Positions 28,001-39,180 of a DNA stretch of 64,000 nt are shown piece after piece. Under the pieces are notes generated by a model. It made no database searches, was not told the origin of the DNA, and saw nothing but the letters and a program-made list of their open reading frames with translations. The translations under genes were made by a program, and so were the position numbers. Position 1 is the stretch's first letter; the number at the start of each line of letters is the position of its first letter. The DNA lies in NCBI GenBank assembly GCA_003344405.1, contig NOWV01000010.1:744001-808000 (forward strand). Reading direction: 5' to 3'. The stretch comes from Trichoplax sp. H2 (taxonomy: Eukaryota).

Positions 28001-30369
28001 TGCATCAACCAAAAATCGACGTAGAGGGGTGTGGTACAGTGCTCAAGTTTTACGACTACGGTGACCGTTACTGAACCGGACGGTATAGATTAAATGATAG
28101 TAATTAATTACAATTACTTTTTTATTTTATTTTTTTGTTACTGGATGCACAAAACTGGTAACTACCCTCTGAAAAATGATAACCAAGCCCGTCAGTTGAT
28201 TTATGGTACATAACTGTTGAGTATTTAGTGTTGTAGTAAAAAAAACTAAGCCAGTAAGTCCTGCTGACTCAATCCTACCATCCACTCATCGTAATGTCAC
28301 ACACTTTTTTTAATAATAACATAATAATTATAATTTATACATATATTGTTGCTTATCAAGGTATAATCTATGAGTAATGCTTAGTTATTGCTTTAAAGTA
28401 AAAATATGATAATTATATTATTTGTTAGTAATTTATTAGTTGTCAACCTCCCATTTTAGCATCGTTGAATATAAGCATTTGTGCTAGTTAACCTTTTAAT
28501 TAACTGGATGGTAGGTGGGGTGGGTCCATATGAACATTATTTCAACTTACATAAAAAGTTTTACACAATGAAATGTCAATAATTATTGTGCATAATGCAT
28601 TACTGGAAATATAGGGTTTTATCATTCAATTAGTACTTTTACGTGCGTTGCATATATAAAGTATACTCCCTAAAGTTATCAGAAAGAAGTTTCGGTGCTT
28701 CTATGCTACGAAATGTCCAAAAACAGCAATTTTGAGCTTTACACTAGAGGACTGTGGTAGATGGCATCAGCCATCACCCATCTGATTTCTCTGTTGGGGC
28801 CAGACTCAGCTTCTGTAGTTCTGCGTGCAGTCATCAAGAAAAGGATATCTGTCATGGACTGCAAGAAGTCGTGACTAATTTATAAATTTAGCGTCTAGTG
28901 CAAAGAAGCAGTGGTCTATTTTAAAGCAGTAGTAGTGGAGATTACACTCATCATTATAGGGGTTAGGCAAAAATTTAAAAAATTCTTCCCCAGATTGCGT
29001 ATCATTAATACGCTGTACGCTAGTACTGTACTACAGTACAGAGTAACATCTGAGTCATTACGACTCCATATGGCGCACGGTTACAGCAGTTGCAGTATGG
29101 CACTTTGCAGCGTTGCACTGTCTACGCATGCGCATTGTCAAGAATGAATTCGTAATATTACCGTTGTCTGTTGAAAGAGCATTTCTGCAGCTTTTTAGTC
29201 GATGTGAGCAGGTTCTTATAATAACATAGGAGTGGGCAAACAGTAATTTTCTCGGTTATCACAAATAATATAGAATTAATTACAATGAATATTTTAATCT
29301 GTGTTTTCTGCCGACCTTGCGACTCCCCGCCTTATCACTAGACTGCAAAAGATTAATCTAATTACGGTTGACTGTCTGCGTCTACTCACATACTGTACCG
29401 TACTGTATCGTACATTGAATTACTATTCTGCTATCCTAAATACAGTATAGTATGCTGCAACTTAACAATAATTATGGATGGAACCAGATACGAATACGAA
29501 TATTCAGCTCGATGCTATGCAAATTAAATTAAGTTTCTTGTATAACTTGACTCAGAGCATGGTATAAATAAATTTAATTCATTGAAAATACAGTATTTCA
29601 CTACCCAAACCAAATGATACTTATCGTTTTTGAGCTAGTATATGATACAAGCTGAAATGCAATAGAACTTTTTGACTACATGACTATATCAGTTTTGCAC
29701 AAGATGCTGGTCTTCTAAGTTTTTTATTTGTACTATACATTAGCCCTTTACTGAGACCTGCATTTGACTTTGCTACAAATTCTGATCTATAGTATGTTGT
29801 ATGTTGGTCGCATGAAGTTTATTGCTACAATCCAACGCTGCTGCAGCATATGAGCGCAAGATTGTAATAAGATATTGTTTACGTACTGACGATGGGGTTT
29901 AGGAAAATGCATACGTGGGATCGGCAAAAGTACAGTATGCCTACAGTTCTGGCTCTAGTAAACTTTGAACACTTACCTTAGCTGAAAGATGAATACTGTA
30001 CTTAGTGTCTGCATTTTAGCTAGCTAAACAGCAAATAGGGGTATACTGTAAGGTGTAAAAATACAGGTTAAGAGTCATAATTCTACGGTACAATGATGTA
30101 TCATACTTATCAACCCACTAACTGCATAATGCCACCAATTTAAAACGCGTCTGTCAATCACGAAATTATTTGATTGAGGTATGGCCTGTTATTATAGACC
30201 GCAAATTAATAGGAAAATTAGACTTGTAAACTTTAGAAAGTCTATTCTATCAAACTGAGATTGGAATGTGGTTGGAGGTAGTGTTCAAATAATCTGTGAT
30301 GTTTGCATAACCCAAGTTCTGCATGATAAGTTTGAACCGCCCTATTTTTTAAACACACAATAGCCAGTA

Positions 30370-30646
30370 TATTGATTGACGTGGTAAATGGAATGAATAC
30401 TGTCAATGACTCTGCGTGAGCCTGGTTGCCATAGTTATACAAATATTCTATTACGTGATTGGCTATTCGTAATCCATAAGTACGATGATTACACATTCTT
30501 TCGCTCCTTTTCCCGTACCTCCAGTCGGTAGCAAGATAGAACGTCTGCCGGCGTTTGTTACGTTTGTGACAGTCGCGATCCTTTTTAAAGACGCTTTTCT
30601 TCCTCTGCACAGTTTGCAGTCCTGGCTATTAATCCTTCTCCAGAAG
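30370..30646 (+). promoter_or_regulatory. Putative Myc promoter and non-coding first exon
   Basis: An acceptor (..atatag| at 31226) 10 nt before the ATG implies an upstream exon. Candidate donor AAG|GTACAT at 30647. Reverse CCAAT (ATTGG 30458-30462) and TGACGT near 30377; locally higher GC. Confidence 0.45.
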
Positions 30647-31236
30647 GTACATATCACTTTACTAGAACTGTAATCTGCTATGGCTACAATTTGATGTTAG
30701 AAGATTTTAACATTTTTACGCACAGAAAGTAATTGGAATATGTAGTATAAGTGAAATTAAAGTACGGTAGGTGGATTTGTTAATACTAACATCCTTGCAA
30801 TACAAACAGTATTATACTATGATATACGCCTAAATGATATAATTAGCAATTAGTACGACGCCGTATAGTCCAAAGGTCATTAGAGAACGATAAAGATGTC
30901 GCCTCTACTAGGCTAAAAGGAATGTTTTAACTTGGAAAATTTGGACAGGAAATTTTAAGTGCCCGCTCAAATTTAGTAAATAGTAAAATATTGCCTATTT
31001 TAAAACACGCACATGAGTATGTTGAGCTGATGCTGGCAAACAAATAGTAATCCTATAAATACTTTGAGTGTACAGCCTTCGATTGTAGGTGTTAAGAGAT
31101 TATCCCGTATGGTTATACTTTTTTAGATGTATTATACACTTGTTGCAATTGTCTATTAGAAATTTTCACTTTCTGGCAATCTTCCGAAAAAGTGTTAACT
31201 TCTATTTTAATTTTTTATGTATATAGATCTATCAAG

Positions 31237-32311
31237 ATGGCAGTTCATGCGGAAGCCTTTTCAAATAAGTTAGATTTTGAGCCTTACGGCTCTTACTACA
31301 TGGGTGAAGATAGTGAAGATGATAACATATGGAGTTGTCTTGACATCATGCCAACTCCACCATTGTCACCGGCTCGCCAGCAATACATAACTGATACTTC
31401 ATCAAATTATCTCGCTGACAAATTGTTGCAAGTAACCGAAAATTTAGATTTCGACAATGCCTTGATTGACATGGTAGGGGATACCAATAGTATTTTCAAT
31501 GGTGGTTCGAAACTTCGATCCAGCTTAATCCAGGATTGCATGTGGAATGCTGGCATTTGTGAAACCGACAAGAAGAATTTGGTTAACACGAACGTTAGTG
31601 CTTTTGATACGCCTTGTGCAACGCCACCGCGAGCAGAAGAGTTTATTTCGACTAGTGACTGTGTCGATCCCATCGCTGTATTTCCTTACACTCTTAGCGA
31701 TCAAGGACAACAACAATTTGTAGAAGCTCAGTCCGATTCAGGTATTGCTTTGAAATAATAGTATGTAACTCAAAAATTTTGTAGTATAGTTAGCCTTGTT
31801 TTTTATACTATTTTGATTGTCTGACGAGTTTACACTGTTTTTTTTTTTAGAAGAGGAAATTGATGTAGTAACAGTAGAAAAACCGAATAAACGAAAGCTA
31901 AGTTCCATTGAATTACCTCAGCAGCACAAAGTGACCGAAGATTTACAAAGCCCTACGAAACGTGCGAAATCTCCGCAAATAAGTACCAAAGGCAAAGAAG
32001 CTTGTAGCCCGAAGGGAGGGTTATCCGTAAAGCCGGATATTGATAATGATGTTAAACGTGCAACTCATAATGTTTTAGAGAGGAAGAGACGCAATGATCT
32101 GAGGTATAGTTTCCAGACGCTCCGTGATCAGATACCGGACTTGGAAGATAACGAACGTGCACCGAAAGTTAACATTTTAAAGAAGTCAACAGAGTACATC
32201 AAGTTCTTGAAAGAGGAGGAGAGTAAGCTAATCTCGATGAAAGAAACGGAAAGAGAAAGAAGGAAAGCTCTCTTGGCCAAAATCGACATTTTAAAGAGCA
32301 AAAGAAATTAG
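31237..32311 (+). CDS. MYC: Myc bHLH-LZ transcription factor; coding exons 31237-31741 and 31851-32311 (321 aa)
   Basis: MBI IWSCLDIMPTPPLSP, MBII LIQDCMWNAG, MBIII SDCVDPIAVFPY, acidic SDS|EEEIDVV split by the conserved intron, bHLH KRATHNVLERKRRNDLRYSF...APKVNILKKS plus zipper. Confidence 0.97.
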
Positions 32312-35300
32312 ACTGATCGTCATGTACTCTGGTTCACTGATATATCGTTGACGATGTTGGTAGCTGAGATAAAAAGATTTTATGCAAAGTATCAATTTGA
32401 AAAATTGCCACTACAGTACTGTATGTATGCTTAGTGCTCTTTTAATGTAAAATACCTTGACAAATTTCGAAATTGAGTTGATCGCACTACATAGTTTAGC
32501 TGCAGTTACTAATGGAAGGCAATGTACAATTTGTAAAGCCGACACGTAACTGTTTGCTATGAGATTGTTACAGTAATATTATTGAAACAGACCTGTTTTA
32601 GGGTATCAACTACACAATTTTATGTAATTTTTTCATTTCTTTAGCAAATAAAGAAGGAAAATTACGCTATTTATTTTCACGGCCTGCTTATTGTATTGCT
32701 TTTTGTGCTATCTTTAGTATCAGTACGAAAACGAAATTTTCCAGCCTGTAATAAAACTGTACGCTCACGATAACTTATTTTTCAATGTACTCTACAGTAA
32801 CTACTACACTATAGTTAACTACCTTATACAATAAGCCTGATATCAACCCTACTACCAACTTTGTTGATCTTGATGATTATTATAATATAAATGGTTTTAA
32901 CTCGCTGAAGCTGCGTAGTATCGTTAGTTCGTAGACATCATCATGTAGTAACTGTAATAAAATGTACTATTCTACGCGTGAACAATCCAACAAGATTTAA
33001 AAGTAATTTTATTAATTTACGTCTCTTTTGATCAAACGTCTTGACAAATAATCTAAAATCAATCAATTGAAAAAAGGAACAGTACCGACAAGCGCTCAAT
33101 CAGCACAATACGGAGGGAATCAGAACCTTATTACAAAGTTGTAACATTGCATAGTTTACTCATTGCCGAGTCGATCATTAATCTAAAAATTCAACAATGC
33201 CATGGATGGTAATGGATCGATTAAAATTTTTAACGGTAGAAAATTGACAATCGAAGTATCGATGTCTGACACTGTCTGTACTTTGGCCACCTGCAAATTT
33301 GTGATTTTAGTCTGCTTAACAAACACCGCAACAATATAGACAATAAAACTTACAGGTAGGTACGTTAAATGAGGATACAAGAATTGTAGTCTATTATTAA
33401 TTAATTACACTATGGTATCGTACGCGTCATCTCCATTGCTATAGTACAGCAGCACTATAAAGTGGATCATGGAAGGTTGGTTATGCTAAAACGACAAGAC
33501 ACCCACTTGGAGGCTTCTGAGTTATATACAGTATGATTTTGCTATTTGTGGATGTCTTCCAATTTAATTTCATGTTCGTGAAATTCGAGTCTTCTCAAGT
33601 TATGTCATGACGATAGTACAAGTAATTTCGCGTTTCCTTTCAACACATTGTAAAAGGAGAAGATAATACTGTTTACGCTGAAGGTAACGAAAGTAACGTG
33701 ACGAATGTGGAAAAGATTTTTGATGGGTAACATAGTTCCATCTGTAAGTTGGGTATTTATTTGGCTCATTTACGAAGCTAACTCCTTCTCATCACTATCG
33801 ATCAAAATGGATGAGAGTCAAAGTAATCATAACCGAAAATACGTTAATCCCTTTTCTTTTTCAAGTCATGATGGAAAATTTTCAAAGTTTCCATCGCTCT
33901 TGCCATTTTGTTGTTTTGAGCTGTTCAACTTACACAGGGACAACATACACTGTATCATACTGAATACTTTTTACTTTCATTGATCTCTTTTTCTCCTTTT
34001 TTTAGTCGTCCTAGTATGAAAACAGACATAATTTATGCAGCTGCAGGGAATCTTCGATAACCTGCTTAAAGAATTGTCCTGAATTGTACAGTACTGTACT
34101 GTTAAAGTCAAAAAGTATCTGCTACGTACTGTAAATGATCATACGATACTGTATTGATAAACGAGCAGTATGCGACATTATGTATCGTTTGTACGGTGTA
34201 CAGTACAGCACAGTAGACACCAGATGTGGCGGTCGATTTTGGCGCGAAAGAAGACAGGCTCTTTTGTTTAGCTTTGGCGAAGGGTGATTGTCTTCACACA
34301 TCAAACTAATTAACATTCAACTTGGTTTCAATACAATGTCCATTTCTTTGTTTGATGTTCAATACACGTATGTACAATTAAACAATGATTGCAAAACGCT
34401 TGCAGGCACATTTGTTAGAAAATGTTTTGCTCAAATCTCTTATCTAGATAAAAGCAGCTTAAAGTACGTCCTGAAAAGAACAATACTACCAACAAATTGT
34501 TGTTTAGAACACAAATTTGCTGCATCCAGTTACTGCAGTCTACTACTGTGCTTCATTCAAAGGCTGTCCTACCAATAAGCTACAGTATACTGTATCACTA
34601 GCATCATGAGGAGGAAAAAGATGCGACATACCGTACTGTACAGTACAGTACTACAGTATCTTGTACTGTACAGTATTTTAGGCCGTACGGTACAGTACTG
34701 TACTGTACAGTACAAAACCTGACTAAACCAAATTGCACTTACAGTGTACAGTACGGTACTGTACTGTACAATATAAAAACAAAGGGTAAACACAATTTAA
34801 CGATTTTTAATCAAACGAGCTTTGGGTAGACTGTAAATTTTAAAAATTCAAATTTGAAGAAATATTATTATTAAGTGTAAGATAGTTTAGACAAGTTTCA
34901 GACAATTCTTTAAAACACGTCCAATTCTATCGTAAATATTAGAGATCTGTATGTGCCGGACTGAACGAGGTCGGGGACTACTCCAAAAACAAGATGAGAG
35001 TATAAATTTCCGTCGTCTGCGATTCCTCATCCAATTTATTTATTTATTATTCTTATTCCCTATTATTCTTTTTTATTATTATCTTTTTTTTGTGAGTGAT
35101 TCCTGTGACTCATGAAAAGAAAAGAAAGAGATGGACAGCATGTACACTCATTTGTAGAAATAGAGATTCGTTATTACTGTACAGTGTACAGTATAATTCT
35201 ATACCAGAACGATCCTCGATCAGACAGTCTTCCCAATCAGGCATATCAGACTATAGAACACTCAGTACAGTACGGGTAGTACTATAAGATGGATTTCATA

Positions 35301-38300
35301 CAATCATGTATGGGATAAATTAGAAATTCCTCGTACTAGCAGAAATATACTGTTTACATGATATATACTCGTATGGCATACATATACGTTATACATAGAG
35401 ATACGAGTATATATTTATATTATATAGCTAATAAGCTTGATTACTAATCGAATAGTAAGAGCTCAGAAGCTGGTCTATAGATAGGAATTGAGAAAAATTA
35501 ATATATATATATAAATAAATACCATGGATATACATACATAAGTGAAACTCCATATGTCGTCATGTCGATGCTATTAATTAGTTTTCCCCAAGAATGATAT
35601 AATATTATTACCCCTAATGATAATGAATTTTTTGAGATTCAGCTTATACAATAGCTTTCGGTTTAATTGATTGATTTTATCGATAATTTATCCAGAGTAC
35701 AGTAGCAGTAGAGATCGATCTATATCTGCGTATTTTTTTTGAATACTGTTGTAATACTTAAATGTGAAATAATTGTTTTATCTTAGTCTATTTTCCTATT
35801 TTCGATTATAACATAATACAAGAGAAAGTTTAATTTCCTAATTACTTTAATAATTAATTGATCTATTTCCTCGGAAGTCACGTAATGTACTGTGTTAAGT
35901 ATTATCTAGAAATTGATCCAGCATTCACCAAGTACTCTATTTTATCTAGACGTTTATCACAGTATATACGTGTATACGGATACAGTCAATCTCATCGTAC
36001 TTTTGAAGCTATAGTTATGTCATCGTATTTAGAGAAAACAAATCACTGCACTATTATCTTCTATAAATCTGGAATCTGTGATTTAACCAAAGACAGTATG
36101 TCTTATCTGGAAAAATGTTGAAACAAATTTAAATCAGTGTTGAATCGTCTATTTAAATAAATCTATTCACCTTTTACCTAATGATTGCTACATTCGAATA
36201 TCGTAGCTGACGGAAATAATGTTTCTTTTTTAATAAGTAATAGTATAGTATGGTATGCATTAACATAATTTATAAGTTATCTTGAAATTATAGTCTACTA
36301 TAGAATAAAATAAAAACAATAATACTCGCACTCTAATTCGTAGAGATGTAATTTTAGTCTTTTAGAGTTAATTATCTTAAATGATACTTTATACAGAAAT
36401 TGCAGTTATCTTTGTTCTTGGTGCTATAAGCCAAGTAAATTTTCAGTTCTATCTGCTAAATTATGAAACCATTAATACACCCACTAATCATTATCGAATG
36501 CTATAAATAACATTTGATAATAATTAATTACTACGATATCAAGTATTAGCGATTAATGATGGCTATCTTCTATTCTTGATATAAACGATCATTTTTAAGC
36601 AGATACTACGTCCGTCAATACATTCTGAGGTAGTGATACTGTAGATTATCCAATCATTAAACTAACACTCATTTACACAAGTTCAAAGTAAAAGTACTCT
36701 TTCAATAATTAATTTTCTTAGAGCTTACTAACTATAAATATATTCACTGTAATTGTTATAGAAATGATAAAAAACATCGTATTATGGTGTTGGTAAATAA
36801 GTCACACTGGTTTCGGTATTATACTCGAATGTACAGTTAGTACATAAAAATATAGTAATCAACTTCATCGCTTGGCCTCTTAACGTATACAATTTTCCTA
36901 TCCTACATCACTGTGATATCGGCGAATATAGATCACATTGTCGAAAAAATGATAAAATTTTTAGTAACAGTACGTATTACAAACCTCTTCGCTATTAATA
37001 ACGTACGGTATATGTTATGGGTAAAATTTCGTCATAATTGTTATTGTGAATTTCTTGGCAATTTGTATAACGAGTATCTTAATATAGGTAGCAAGAGCGA
37101 ACAACATTAAAGTTATTTATAGCAAATATACTGAACATAAGATGCTCATTAACTTAAACGAATCTAATCAAATCTGTGATTCTACAACGGAATAAACATA
37201 CTAGTATATTCTAAACTGTTGTGACAGCCAGAGTTAATCGAGACTATTATTGTTGCGCTCTAGAAATCATTAATAATTCGTAACTTTGAAATTATTATTT
37301 TATTAACTGTTTACTAATATTAACGTTACAAATACAGATGCTAATCAGCAGTTTTTAGTAATTAATGAGTCTCTAAAAAAAGATTATTTATTAACGTTCA
37401 CTGTAATGATACTGATTACATTCTTTTCTATGCATAATTAGATTTGATAATTTCTGTATTACTGACATTTCGTCCTTACCCTTAGAATTTTAGCTTTATC
37501 ACAGTAAGATCAATGCTTAAGGTATGTAGTATCAAAACACAGTCTATTACTAAACTAACGCCAAATGTTTCGTGACTGGCATATGGAATACAGTACAGCC
37601 AGAATTAGTCGTTATAAAATTAGATAAGTAGAAACCTAGTCTGTTCGTGTCTTACACTCCTGTATACTTATACAATACCTTAAATGGAGTAAGATACTGA
37701 GTGAAGTTAAAGTTTCAAATAAAACGTTTCTACTCTATAGGTTCGATTACAATTTTAGGCGACTACGTATCTAAGGCGCTTATAATATCACTACATACAC
37801 GTGTATTAGAACAGAAAGGTTCACATTCATGACAAACTACAAAATCATTGTTATACCTTTGGGTATTGCAAAAAACTGATATATTCGCCCCAAGAATAGC
37901 TCATTTAATAAATGTTGAGAAGATCAATATACCAGCTAGAAGAAGTAGAAAAATACACGATAGATCTGTGAGAATCTGTTATACAAGTAAGTCCTAGTTC
38001 GGGTAGTAAACGCAACGAATACGATATTAACGAATTCGTATCATCGAAAGTAACCACTCATCAAGTACGCAATAGACTATAGTACATTGTAAAAAGAGAA
38101 TTTGACAGCTATACCAGTATTTTGACCTAGCAATGTCGTGTATAGCTTAATAAACGCAGTAAACAGTGTTGAGGCCCAGTGGTATTTTTATAAATAGGGA
38201 TAAAATGATCAAAATTAAAAAAACTATTTCATCATTGATTAATTGTTCTTATCGCTTATATGCTGTAGTGTCATTTGTCTAAGAGAAATTTTGGGTAAGA

Positions 38301-39180
38301 TAGTAATGGTTAAAAGAAAGAATCAATTCGAAATCAGCTGAAATGAATTTATAGTACGTGTAGAAGGTGATTGAATCTTAAATAGATTAACTGATAGACT
38401 TTAAAGTATACAGTACATTTCTCGTTAATAGTTAAGATGAACGACCCAGGTAAGACTTAATGTTACCTTAGCCACTGATCGTCTAGTAGATGTTCAGCTC
38501 GAGTCATTTAAACTTACAAATGATTATGTAATCTTGCTGCTATACTTTCGGTCAATTAAAATATCAATAGCTAGCCAATTTAAAAGATGAAGCACTCCCT
38601 AGATGGCAGGGTAGAAGTGTTAGCAGCGGATCAGTCTAATATAACTGATAGGTTCTGCTTGGCATTTAACTAAAAACGAACTATTATATCATGTTAACTC
38701 TGAATTAAATGTTTACAATTATATTAACGACAACTTTATATTAGAATCATTAAATACTTTTAATATTTCTGAAAAACAACGTGACAATGTGAAATACAGA
38801 CTTAAATTTAAACACCGTCTGACGAATTATTTCTAGATTAGAACAGAAACTCATAAGGTAGTTGCATGTCGCAGCGGAAGCTCTCATTACTTCTGATCCA
38901 CTATGTTTATGTACAGTATACAGTAATTTAACAATGCAGTACTTGCGTACAAAACTGTACTACTTTGTTCTCTCATCAAATACTGTAAACCAGCAAGAAA
39001 TTACAACTTGAAATAGTACCAAACGATAATACATCAATGAGAATATGATATTATTACAATTATTTACGAACAATACATAAGATCAAAAGGATAAAATAGT
39101 AGAAGTCAGCTGAATAGCTAACTGATTCTAGGTTCTATAACATTGATAACACCTCGCTAACTAATACCAATAATTACTAC

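Noticed and set aside
28506-28524. G-rich GGATGGTAGGTGGGGTGGG upstream of Myc, reminiscent of the human MYC G-quadruplex
   Set aside because: Only two-tier potential and ~2 kb from the likely TSS; no homology argument.
30242-31716. Antisense ORFs over the Myc promoter and exon 2
   Set aside because: No recognisable domain; explained by higher GC and opposite-strand coding bias.
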